In this document: one piece after another, positions 43,055-54,921 of the stretch | Layout: each line of letters begins with the position of its first letter | Position numbering within the stretch: position 1 is the stretch's first letter | NCBI RefSeq assembly: GCF_009914755.1 | Contig: NC_060935.1 | Strand: one strand, 5' to 3' | DNA length: 64,000 nt | Source: the human T2T-CHM13v2.0 reference genome, Homo sapiens | Program-made: the position numbers and the translations under genes | The notes under the pieces: model-generated | The model's database searches: none | What the model was told of the DNA's origin: nothing | Seen by the model: the letters and a program-made list of their open reading frames with translations, nothing else

Positions 43055-43278
43055 AATTATTGCAATAAAAATTACATATGTAAATAACATAAAATTTGCC
43101 ATTTTAAGCATTTTAAGTGTACAATTCAGTGGCATTAATTACAGTCACAATGTTGTGCAACCGTCACTACTATTTCCAAAATTTTTCATCACCCCAAAAA
43201 CAAACTCTGTTACCATTAAACAATAACCCCGCATTCCCATCCTCTAGCCCTTGGTAACCTTGAATCTGCTTTCTGCAG
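43055..43278 (-). mobile_element. L1MB 3' end
   Basis: aacataaaatttgccattttaagcattttaagtgtacaattcagtggcattaattacagtcacaatgttgtgcaacc. Confidence 0.85.
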
Positions 43279-43639
43279 GTTTAGAAAAATGTTTATTTTA
43301 CATTTTTAAAATATCTAATGTTGGCAGGGATAGTGAAACACATGGCATTGAAGAGTGCTACAATTCTTTGGGAAAACAATTTAGCAAGTGCAATGGCACA
43401 AATATGACATGAGCCATAGAAAAGTTCATTTACTTTGATCTAGTAATTCCTTTTCTAGGATCCCAGCCTAAGACAACAATCCAAAACATTCACCATAGGG
43501 GAAATGATATGTATGTAAATGTTTACCTTGAAGGGAGAAAAAAGAATACAATTTTTTCAATATGGTCATATCCATAAGAACACTTACTTTGCGTATAGTC
43601 AATATCACTATACATATATTTTTTTCACTTTCCTTTTGC

Positions 43640-43930
43640 CCTGGACGATAGGGTACATCAAGATGTCTAACTATGAGGCGAAAACCAGGAAGAGGAACAA
43701 GTTTAGGAGGAAGCTTACAAGTTCAGATTGAGACAGATTGAGTTTAAGGTGCTTGTGGAATTTCCAGATGGAGACGTCCAGGGGACACTTGGATATATTG
43801 TTCTAGAGCTCAAGAGAGAGATATGAGCTAAAGACATAAATTGTGAAGTTATCATTGGTAGCAGTGGAAGTCATAAGTGTAGATGAGATTGCCCAGGAAA
43901 TACATTTAGATTGAAGAGAAGCAAACAATA
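43640..43930. mobile_element. L2 fragment
   Basis: gattgagtttaaggtgcttgtggaatttccagatggagacgtccagg..gtagatgagattgcccagg. Confidence 0.65.
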
Positions 43931-44290
43931 GAACAAACCTTATATTCACAGCAAACACTTTTAAAGGTTTACAGAACTTCAGACTACAAAAACTTGTCTT
44001 CAAAACTGAAGACAGGGAGACTAAACTCATAACCTTGGTTACTTTAGGGCAGGGAGTTAGGGGAGAGAGAATAAGGTTGAGGAGACTTTAGCCTTTTCAG
44101 CAGCATTCATTATTTTTTTAAGAAAAACATATTTATGTTACTTAAGAAATAAAAAATAAAAAGTTAAAATTAGACAAGTGGATTATAAAACCCAAGGAGT
44201 GAGCACATGGAGTCTTGTATACAAAGCAATCAGCTTGTTTGATGTGGCCCCAGAAAAGGGATTCCAGTGACTGTGCAAAGAGATATAGCA

Positions 44291-44592
44291 GGCCTGGCAT
44301 AGTGGCTCACATCTGTAAATCCCAGCACTTTGGGAGGCCGAGGCAGGCAGATCACTTGAGGCCAGAAGTTCGAGACCAGCCTGGCCAACATGGTGAAACC
44401 CCATCCCTACTAAAAATACAAAAATTAGCCAGGCAGGGTGGCAGGTGCCTGTAATCCCAGCTACTCAGGAGGCTGAGGCAGGAAATTGCTTGAACCTGGG
44501 AGGCAGGTTGCAATGAGCAGAGATCCAGCCACTGCACTCCAGCCTGGGCAACAGAGCAAGACTCAGTCTTAAAAAAAAAAAAAAAAAAAAAA
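44291..44592 (+). mobile_element. AluS
   Basis: Sense dimer with poly-A; TSD aaagagatatagca / aaagagatagca. Confidence 0.96.
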
Positions 44593-45261
44593 AGAGATAG
44601 CAGTCAGTGGAATACAATGTGTGAAAAATTAATGTGACTCTCAGACTGAAGGAGACAAACCCAAAGACCCAAAGATTTTAGATGTTTCCATTGAAATCTG
44701 TTCCAGAACTCGAGGCAAAATCCTGTATTCTGGTGATGGGGAAAGTCAACTCTGATGCCCAAATGTGGAAGTAACCGGCAACTCTGGTCAGGCACAACAT
44801 TATTTTTTCAGTTTAGGGCCAGGGCCAGAAATTCTTCTGCATGCTAGTCATAGGATTGTTTTATTGATGTCAAAGATGAACTAAGAATTACAGCGTCCAC
44901 TTATTCAGTGCCAGTTCTATGGCAGAGATTCTGCCAAGGCTTTCATTCAAATCTCACAACAATCATTTGATGTGAGTATTGTTTATCCTTCATAGAAAGA
45001 CTCAGAGGATTGAATTACTCACTCAAGACCACATAGCCCATAAATGACAGGGTCAAGATTTACACCCAAGTTGTATTAATTCCAGGACACTTACTTTTAT
45101 ACATGATGTTAATATTGTATCTCTACAGCATCTCTATTAGAATCCACATATGTACTAAAATTGAACCTGACTCAAAGGTGAGTCAAGAACATTCATAACT
45201 ACTTACTCTTTGTCAATCATCTTTTATAATGCATCATTTTGGGTTCTACTTTGATGCCTTG

Positions 45262-45415
45262 CTGCTTGGCCTGGTCCTCAAACCAGCAGCATGGGCATCA
45301 CCTGGGAGCTTGTTAAACATGCACAACCTGAGGCCCTGTGAATCAGTCAAAACCCATGCTTTAACAAGAAATCCAGGTGATTCTTATGCAAATTAAAGTT
45401 AGGGAAAAACAGCCT
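45262..45415. mobile_element. MER5A-like element
   Basis: accagcagcatgggcatcacctgggagcttgttaaacatgca..tttaacaag..ccaggtgattcttatgca. Confidence 0.75.
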
Positions 45416-45461
45416 TAGTAAATTAAAACATGAAGGGTTCAAAATATTATAATTGATTATA

Positions 45462-46750
45462 CAAGGAGTCTTCCAAAAGTTCATGGAAAATGCAATTTAT
45501 GAAAAAAGCCTGCATGAATTTCAAATTTTTGCATCAAAATAAACTTGCACAAACTTGTTATAATGTGTCTGAACAGGATCTATTTGGAGGTACTAAGAAA
45601 AATAAGACATCAGTCTGAAAAGAGCTCCTATCAAAACACCATAAATTCTGCTAAAAGGCAAGCAAGGAGAAACATCAAATTTATGGTGAAGCTTGGGGGG
45701 AAGAATGATGAAATCATTGATACTCTATGAAAAGTTTATAGGGACAATGGCCCCAAAGAAATCAGCAGTTTACAAATGGATAACTCTTTTTAGGAAGGGA
45801 CTAGAAAACTGTTGAAAATGAAGCCTGAAGCAGCAGACCATCCATGTTAATTTTCAAGGAAAAAATTAATCTTGCTCATTCCCTAAATAAAGAGGACTGA
45901 TAATTGACAGCAAAGACAATAGCCAACACCATAGCCAACTCAATGGTTCGACTTACACAATTCTGACTGAAAAGTTAAAGTTGAGCATTTCCACTCAAAG
46001 GTACAAAAATTTATGTGTCCAGATCAGCTGCAGACAAGAGCAGAGCTTTCAGTGGAAATTTCAAACAAGTAGAATTGAGATCCTAAAGCATTTCTTCAAA
46101 GAGTTGCAACAGAAGGTGAAACATGGCTTTACCAGTACCATCCTGAAGACAAAGCACAATCAAAGCAATGGCTACCAAGAGGGGCAAGTGGTCCAGTCAA
46201 AGTAAAAGCAGACTGGTCAAGAGCAAAGGTCATGGCAACAGTTTTTTGGAATGCTCAAGGTATTTTTCTTGTTGACTTTCTGGAAGGCCAAAGAATGACA
46301 TCTGCTTATTATGAGAGTGTTTTGAGAAAGTTAGCCAATGCTTTGGCAGAAAAATGCCCAGGAAAGATTCACTAGAAAGTCCTTCTCCACCACGACAATG
46401 CTCCTGCTCATTTCTCTCATCAAACAAAGGCAATCTTAAGTTCCTATGGGAAATCATTAGGCATCCACCTTACCATCCTGCTTCGGTTCCTTCTGACTTG
46501 CTTTTGTTTCCTAATCTTAAAAAATATTTCAAGGGCACTCATTTTTCTTCAGTTAATAATGTGAAAAAGATTACATTAGCATGGTTAAATTCCCTGGAGC
46601 CTCAGTTCTTTGGGGATAGACAAAATGGCTGGTATCATGTCTTACAAAAGTATCTTAATCTTGAATGAGTTTATGTTTTAAAAAAAAAGTATATTTTTTA
46701 AATTTTTATCTTTTATTTCCATTTTTCATAAAATGTTTGAAATTCCCTCA
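45462..46750 (+). mobile_element. HSMAR2 mariner, full length, with transposase pseudogene
   Basis: TA followed by caaggagtcttccaaaagttcatggaaaat; degenerate right TIR atttttcataaaatgtttgaaattccctca; about 1.29 kb; motifs ETWLYQY, KVMATVFW, LHHDNAPAH, HPPY..PSD..LFPNLKK. Confidence 0.93.
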
Positions 46751-46983
46751 TGTACAATTTAAAATCCAATTCGTAATTGATCTAAGCCTCTCAGCATAAC
46801 ATCATATGCTACTATTCTTTCCGTTAAGGAGTATCATATTTATTAATTGAATAAAATAAAGTTTGTTTAAAACCCTTAGGTAGACTTCATTTGGTCCATG
46901 GGTTGCAGATTGGATAGTCAGGTTTCTGGCATCCTATTTGAACCTCCAAGGAATTCAGTCTTCTAATTAAGACTTAGAAGATG

Positions 46984-47280
46984 GGCCAGGCATGGTGGGT
47001 CATGCCTGTAATCCCAGCACTTTGAGATGCCAAGGCAGAAGTATCGCTTAAGGCCAAGAGCTTGAGACCAGGCTAGGAAACATAGTGAGACCCCATTTCT
47101 AAAAATATTTAAAAATTAGCCAAGTGTGGTGGCACATGCTTGTAGTCCTACCTACCCAGGAGGCTGAGATGGGAGGATCGCTTGAGCCTAGGAGGTCGAG
47201 GCTACAGTGAATTATGATCACACTACTACACTCCAGCCTCAGTGACAAAGAGAAACCCCGTCTCTAAGAGAAAAAAAAAA
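46984..47280 (+). mobile_element. AluJ
   Basis: Sense dimer; TSD gacttagaag. Confidence 0.95.
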
Positions 47281-47409
47281 GGACTTAGAAGGTGGAACCT
47301 TCCCAACTTAGCTCCCAAGTCTTCCTAATTCTATGATACTCAACTCTCCCAACCCACTTCAGAGGTGAACTTATCTGCTCTGTTTTAGAAGTTAGTAGTC
47401 CTCATCTGA

Positions 47410-47730
47410 ATCTGTGTGCTCCTCAATATTTCCCAGATCCTTTGCCATAGGTTGGCCAAGCTTTGAAGTCTTGGCTTGTAGGATACAGGAGAAAATGATG
47501 TGTGTCACTTCTGGGCCTGGTCCTCAGCAAGTCCCACAATAGATGTCCCACCTGAACAGTTAGCAGAGCCATAAGGAAAAAGGAGCCTGCCTGGGTCCCT
47601 GAGACACCACCTGGAGTGAAGCTGCCCAATAGAATAAGACACATCCCATTAACAAAAATTTTGTGTGATGAACCACTGAGATTTGAGGGTTGTTCATCTC
47701 AGTGGCTAGATAACTGTCCCTAACACATAC
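47410..47730 (+). mobile_element. Old MLT1 LTR
   Basis: gatgtgtgtcacttctgggcc..aaccactgagatttgagggttgtt. Confidence 0.6.
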
Positions 47731-48258
47731 TCCAGGCTGGAATTCAGCCCAGGAAGTCAAAAAGGTGAGACTTTCTGAGCATTTGAGACAAGAGTGAGTG
47801 AAAGTAATTGCTCGTATATTACTCAGGGTCACTCTGATGCACAGAATGGCGTTCTGCCAGAAAATAGCATTTAAAGTGTGTTGGTTTTTACACTATGTTT
47901 ATAAACTAATTTAACAACTCGTGAATTAAAGTCCTGCATTATAACAGAAATGAAAATCATATCTGAAATTAGAGAATTGTTAATGTAATCCAACAGTTAA
48001 TTATTTGCAAGGGTTGAGGGGGGTGTTAGTGATATATTCAGTATTTAGGTGTTTCTTGAACCAGTTAAAGATTCCTTTTTATATAAATGTATAAATGTTG
48101 GTTATAGCTTTCTCATTAGGATTAATGGTCCTAATTTATACACTTACTAGATTTGAGTAAGTACATATGATTGTACTAGTTTAGATATATTATCTCAAGT
48201 GGGACATAAAGTAAAAAAACTATTTCTTGAAGCAGCAAAGAGCACACATAAAAGATAC

Positions 48259-48314
48259 TTTTGAGAGCTAGATACTGAACTAGATATTTTGAGAGCTAGA
48301 TACTGAACTAGATA
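48259..48314. repeat. Perfect 28-bp tandem duplication
   Basis: ttttgagagctagatactgaactagata twice. Confidence 0.95.
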
Positions 48315-49109
48315 TTACAAAAATCACAGAAATTACATATAAATTGATTTCTAAGAAAGGAAACAATAAATATTATGTGTTGTGTTATACAAAATTAGAG
48401 CATGTGTTTATGTCCACATTCACTGTGATTTTTAACACTGACATGTGTTGAAGAGAATCCATTAGTGTTTCAGTAAGAGTCCAAATATTGAGTAGAATGT
48501 CAGAATTGCTTAGCTGTTTGTGTAGGAATTTTAAAACAAAATCAGGTTTGTTATAATTTATTTGTTTTTTAATAAATCTGTAGACTTGCCCCTCTTGGGG
48601 AGGGCTTTGGATGAACAGTTAGGGCTTCATAGGGTTTTGGAGCCAGGAGTGACAACAAAAGCATTTTTAGAAGATAAATCTTTTACTGAGTGCAGGGTGG
48701 AAAACATGCGGAAGAAACTGGAGGTGTCAATAAGCCAGTTAGAGGGCTTTACAAAGATTCAGAAAGTGTGAGGACCTGGAGCAATAGCAGTGAAATTGGA
48801 GAAAGACAGGGGAAATAAATATATTGAAAAAGGAGGTATAGCTGGAGAAAAGGAAAAAAAGAGAAAATATATTGACATCTTACGCCTGGGTACCAGGGAG
48901 GACAGAGGCCTGTTGGGGTGTTAAGAGGAGCTGCTGGGGAAGAAGGAAGGTGACAATGACACTCCACGGTTGAAAAAGCCAGGACAGCAGAGAGGACATC
49001 GTTCTTGGAGGGAAAACTGTGTTTCCAAGGTGTAGAAGCTGAAATATGGTCAGTATGTCTGTAAAACAAAGAAACACGTAGGCCACCCTGAGAGGGGCTT
49101 CCTGGAGAC

Positions 49110-49260
49110 CACCGTGGTATCCAGTAAAGAGCACAGCATGTGGGGTCAGGAGGATCTGCTTCTGAACCCAGGTTCTCCCCTCATGAGCTATGTGACCTTA
49201 GGAAATTGATCTAACCTTTCTGGGCTTCAGTTCCTTCCTCTGTAAAATGAAATCAACAAT
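49110..49260 (+). mobile_element. MIR
   Basis: gagctatgtgaccttaggaaattgatctaacctttctgggcttcagttccttcctctgtaaaatg. Confidence 0.8.
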
Positions 49261-49309
49261 AGATTCGCTGTTCATTAAACAGAAGTAATTATTTCTTCTT
49301 GATTCTTTT

Positions 49310-49518
49310 TCTAATATAATTTTTTATTTTTTAATTTTAATCTATTTATTTATTTATTCTGAGACTGGTTTTTGAGACTGGCCAATTTTCGTATTTTTGG
49401 TAGAGATGGGTTTGCACTATGTTGCCAAGACTGGTCTTGAACTCCTGGGCTCAAGCAATTCTCCTGTCTCGGCCTCCCAAATTGCTGGAATTATAGGCAT
49501 GAGCCACTGTGCCCAGCC
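49310..49518 (-). mobile_element. Short Alu (left arm and linker; right arm almost absent)
   Basis: Antisense left monomer, linker, gagactgg twice, T-rich tail; TSD ttcttgattcttt / ttcttggttcttt. Confidence 0.85.
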
Positions 49519-49644
49519 ACTGTTCTTGGTTCTTTAAGACTATTCCCCAAACATCTTCAAAATAGCCTTTCTTAGAATTGCAAGGGAAATCATTTTTAAT
49601 CTCCTCTCCCTTGGCCCATCTGTATAACAAAGATAATATTGTTT

Positions 49645-49795
49645 ACATCTGTGGTTCTCAAATGTTATCTGTGCATCAAAATCATTTGAAATATTTGTAA
49701 GATACAGATTCCTGTGCCCTAATTCAACAACTTCTGATTCAGTACTTCTGGGCGAGAAGCCAGGCATCAATATCTTTCTAGTTAAGAACCACTAA
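49645..49795. mobile_element. MER5A-like element
   Basis: gtggttctcaaa..tgcatcaaaatcatttg..acagattcctg..ttctgattcagta..ttaagaaccact. Confidence 0.75.
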
Positions 49796-51190
49796 TTCAC
49801 ATCAAAAAGCTGGAATGGAGATGAAATAAAATGAGCATGGCAAACCCACATAGCACAGTTCCTGGCACACAGTGCTTGTTTTATAAGTGGTACTGGTTGG
49901 GAGTGGTGGGGTTGGTGATGGGGTGGGCCATGGAAGTGGGCAGGGTGATGGTGGGTGATGGTGATGAAAGTTGGGTTATGTTAATGGAGGTGGTAAGTGA
50001 TGATCGGGGGTGGTGGATGGTGGAGGCCAGGTTGTCGAAGATCCCTGACTCAGCCAGAAGATTGAAACTTTGGTGGAGCATGAGGAGGCAGTGAATGATG
50101 GGACATTCCCAGTGGAAACAAATGTTCATTCTTGCTTCCATTAGGGATTTGTTCCTGGACTAAATAAGAGGAGAGGCAGCTCTTTGGAGATTTATTCTCC
50201 TTTCCTCTGAAGTAAGAAATACAACTGAAACTACAAACTGCAAAACTGTATTATGACCTGCAAAATAGATTAATTGTATCAAACCATATCTTGCAACACC
50301 AGCAAAGATCAAACTACTTTAAGACCAGCACACTGGTGTGTTGTATGCACAGAGGCTTGATGCCAAGACCACGGGGAAAAGGATTCAGCAGTGACTCTGG
50401 ACTCAGGCTTTAGAGACAAGACCCCTGACTATTCCAGAAATTCACTTTGTTTATAAATTCTGACCAACCCCAGTCCAGACTTCACTCACAAATTTCTACC
50501 CTACGACCACTCTATCACAAAAACCCATTAACTTCCCCATTTTGAGCCACCACTGAGTCTCTGTCAAAACAATGCTCCCTCATGCCGTGAAAGAAAGAGC
50601 ATTGTTTTAAGCATTATTAAACATGCCATGAAAGAGGGAGCATGGTTTCCCAGTGGTCTTTGGAAGAGGGTTTCAACAGGCAGACAGGCACCCATGCCTC
50701 TTGCTCTTAGACTGTCAACTTGGTTCATGGAAACAGCCTGTCCAGCACCTGCACTCACTGAGTATGGAAAATGGCTCACTGTGGACCAAACACTTCAGAG
50801 CAGCCAGTGAGAATCAAAATTTTGGGATGTTTAGGTAAATATTCAAAGTTAAATGTATTAGAGTCTTTTCCTATATGTTTTGAAAAGCAGCCAGGGGTCC
50901 AGAGGAAACCTCCACAGGACACTTGCCTTTCAATGCTTGGAGCTCTCTGGGCACTTCTTGTGGAGAAAAGGTGGGTAGAAAGGCAGGGGCAGCACGTTTC
51001 TTGTCTGAAGGGCCCATGGCTGGAGGAAGAGCATCCCTGAGGAGCCTGCAGGTGGTGGCGAGGAGAGAGGGGTACTCTGAGGGCGACCTAGAGCACCTAC
51101 CTGCTTCTCCTCCTCAGCCCCAGCTCCTGCTCTAGAGGGTTTCACATTCGCTAACCCCTCCAGCCTTTGTCCATGTTGCTTGTGAATCGA

Positions 51191-51549
51191 TGTCTTAGTC
51201 TGCTCAGACAGTTATAACAAAATACCATATTCTGGTGGCTTAGAAACCACAGAAATTTATTTCTTACAGTTCTGGAAGCTGGGAAGTCCAAGGTCAAGGC
51301 TCCTGCAGATTTGACATCTGAAGAGGGCTAACTTTCTGGTTCATAGATGACACTTTCCCACTATGCCCTCACTTGGTGGAAGGGGCAAGGCAGCTCTCAG
51401 GGATCTCTTTCATAAGGTCACTAATCCCATTCATGAGGGCTCCATCCTCATTACCTAATCACCCCCAAAGGCCCCATCTCCTACTACCATCAACTTGGGG
51501 GTTTTCAACATAGGAATTCTGGAGGAACATGAAAATCGAGCCCCTAGCA
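51191..51549 (-). mobile_element. MLT1A-type solo LTR
   Basis: tgtcttagtctgctcag..cagaaatttatttcttacagttctggaagctgggaagtccaagg..ctaatcccattcatgagggctcc. Confidence 0.88.
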
Positions 51550-52033
51550 ATAGGTATTAAGGTTATGATGGTTTAATATTCAAACAGAAAGGAGTGAACC
51601 ATGCAGGCAAATGGGAACTTCTTTACCATTCGGTTTGGGAGATTTACCATTACCTCAAAGCAGAACTTGAATAGCCAAATTTATGCAAGTACGTTTTCCT
51701 TTTATTTCTTTCTTCCAGTGAGTTGTTTCAAAAATATCTTAGTAGTTGTCTACATAAAAGCCTTTTGTGGTTTTCTGATAACCTAATGCTGTCCTCCATA
51801 CCCCAACATGTAAAATATGGGCCCTCTCAAGGGTGACCCCATCTCCCTGTTGCCTTAGGAGTCTGTTCCCAGTGTAATTATAGCCTCTCTTTCACTCCCA
51901 AAACTGCTTCAGTTTGTGTAATAAATTATGTGGTGACCCTAGCAGTAATCTGATATTGTCAAAGGAGAACTAATGATATGGAACATGTGTTGAGTATGTA
52001 AACTTTTAAAATTATTTTTTATTGAGCATTAAT

Positions 52034-52073
52034 TGTGTGTGTGTGTGTGTGTCTGTCTGTGTGTGTGTGTGTG
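52034..52073. repeat. (TG)n microsatellite, interrupted
   Basis: Read directly. Confidence 0.9.
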
Positions 52074-52384
52074 TCTATAGACACATATATTTTCAGTCCT
52101 CACCAACCCTCTGGGAAGTTAAGCAAAATTAATGTTCCCATTTTATATTTGAAAAAAATCAAGGCACAGAATAAATAACTTGCCCAATATTGCACAATGT
52201 AACTTCAGAACCTGCACTCCTTACCACTATTTATTGCTGCCTCCTGAGATGCTGGATCTTTACTCCAGAGAATCTGGGTGGTCAGAGAGGGTTTGATTTA
52301 GACATGGTGGTCCTGAAACTTAGGAATAAGAGAAAGAAGAAGAATTCAAAGTGGAAAAACAGAAAAATAGATGGTCCCCTCTTA

Positions 52385-53130
52385 TATTTATTTCTTACAG
52401 CTGCCATTTCTAGGGCTGCAGATGGCAGTCCTAGGAAATAAATACAGGATGTCTTGATAGCTGAAGACAACAGAAATTTAGGCCAGGCACAAAGACTCAT
52501 GCCTGTAACCCCAGTGCTTTGGGAGGCCAAGAGCTTGAGACCAGCCTGGGCAACATAGTGAGACCCCCATCTCTACACAGAGTTTTTTAAAAATTAGCCA
52601 GTCATAGTAGTGCATGCCTGTAGCTACTTAGCTACTCAAGAGACTGAGGTGGGAAGATTGCTTGAGCCCAGGAGTTTGAGGTTACAGTGAGCTATGATCA
52701 TGCCACTGCACTCCAGCCTGGGTGACAAAGTGAGACCCTGTCTCTAAAAAAATTATATAAATATACATGTATTCCTCTAGTTCTGGAGGCTAGAAGGCCA
52801 AAATCAAGGAGGAGGACCCTCCCTTGCCTCTTCCAGCTTCTGGTAGCTCAAGGCACTGCTTGACTTCTGGTAGCATCACTTCAATCCCTGTTCCCATCTT
52901 TGCCTTCTTCTGTGTGCTTGTGTCTCTAATCTTCCTCTGTCTTTCTCTTCTAGGAACATCTGTCATTGGATTCAGGAACCACCCTATATTCAGAATGATC
53001 TCATCTTGAGATCCTTAAGTTAACTATGTCTGCAAAGACCCCTTGTCTGAACTAAGTCACATTCACAGTTTCCAGGAATTTGGACCTGAATATGTGTTTT
53101 CGAGTTGGGGATCACCATTCAACCCACTAG
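52385..53130 (-). mobile_element. MLT1C-like LTR interrupted by an AluJ
   Basis: caacagaaattta [Alu] gttctggaggctagaaggcc..atctcatcttgagatcctt..gtcacattcacag..accattcaacccacta. Confidence 0.75.
52481..52760 (+). mobile_element. AluJ with an internal left-arm deletion
   Basis: ggaggccaagagcttgagacc junction lacks part of the left arm. Confidence 0.93.
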
Positions 53131-53573
53131 GCCTCCGGGCATACATGATAGGGGATGTAGCTCCTGTAATCTGTATAAACCTAGGTCTAAATGTATTCCT
53201 TTGAGCCCATCTTGAGAGGCCTTTTTTTTCCCTCTTCAGAGTTGCTTAACTTTTCCTTGTTAAGAAAACTTCTCAAGTTACCAACAGCAAGAAAGATTTT
53301 CATCATTTCTAGAAAACCCCAGAACTGAAGGGAGGCCAAGATGTTAGAAGGAAGCAACACCATTCCTCATCCTAAAAGCCCTGATTTTCTTCTGCCTGCC
53401 TGGACATTCTCCACCAAGCCCAAATGTCACTCTTTGAGGCTTCCTGAAACCATCCTCTCACACACCCCTACTCACAACATCATCAGAAACACAGTCAGCT
53501 TTCTGCTGACTTTCACTAATCAGGTGTGTGACTTCAGTCTGCTCTTCAAGTTTCTAGGCTTGTTTCCTCCTCT

Positions 53574-53892
53574 GGAAAGAAGGAACAAAAGAAAAAAAGA
53601 AAGAGAGAGGTGGGGAGGAGGGAGGGAGGGAGGAAGGAAGGAAGGGAGGGAGGGAGGAAGGAAGGAAAGAAGGAAGGAAGGAAGGAAGGAAAAGGAGGAA
53701 GGACGGAAGGGAGGCAGGGAGGGAGGGAAGGAAAAGGAGGAAAGAAGGAAGGAAGGGAGGCAGGGAGGGAGGGAAGGAAAAGGAGGAAGGAAGGAAGGAA
53801 GGAAGGAAAAGGAGGAAGGAAGGAAGGAAAAGGAGGAAGGAGGGAGGGAGGAAGGAAGGGAGGGAGGAAAGGAAGGAAGAAAAGAAGGAAGG
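53574..53892. repeat. Polypurine (GGAA/GGGA)n compound microsatellite
   Basis: About 320 nt, almost entirely A/G. Confidence 0.95.
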
Positions 53893-54629
53893 CAGGCCAG
53901 TCTTGAAGGTCTCTAATATCCTAGCCATAGCATTAAGGATGTTGAGCCAGGGAACCACGTCTCTAAGATCTCCATCTAGTCCTTATTTCCCTGCTTAGAA
54001 AATCATTGCGCCTTCTTCTCCCAATCTAGGCCTGGTTTGCCCTCTCCTCCTGCCTCCAAAGGGCTCTCTCCAAAGCTGATCTTACTCATCCCTTAAACCA
54101 AGTCTTCACTACCTCTTGCAGATCTCTGCCTCCAGCCAGAACTCCCCAGTTCTAATTTCCAGGCCCAGAGCTCTTTTCTCTTCCCTGAAGGAGACAGAGC
54201 AGAATTCTCTATTCCTTTACTCATCTCTTGTTTCCTTACCAATAATTAACTTTATTATTATTTAATAAAGATACATAGAGGATATTCCTAGCAAAGCACA
54301 ACAAATACTTGGCTCCAAATATCAACATTTGGAATTCACACATCCCACTATCACCAGAAAGTGATTATTAGCAGGAAGAAATTGCTGTAGGGTTTTTATG
54401 CCTTTCCTGTTAGAGGCAACAGATGGTTCCCAACAACAAAAAAAATACCAGTCACTCTTGATAAAATATGTGCACGCCAAACCGAAAAAACAGAGATGGA
54501 CAGCAAATTGGCAACCATTACCACTACAGTTTATATTTGGCATTTGAAGACACTGATTGTATATACAGAAGTCACATCTTGCCATAATAAAATCTTTTCT
54601 TGATTTGAAAAAAAAAAAAAAAGCAAACA

Positions 54630-54921
<292 letters not shown>

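Noticed and set aside
53341-53916. 191-aa ORF rich in E/G/R/K
   Set aside because: Open only because the polypurine repeat cannot encode stop codons.
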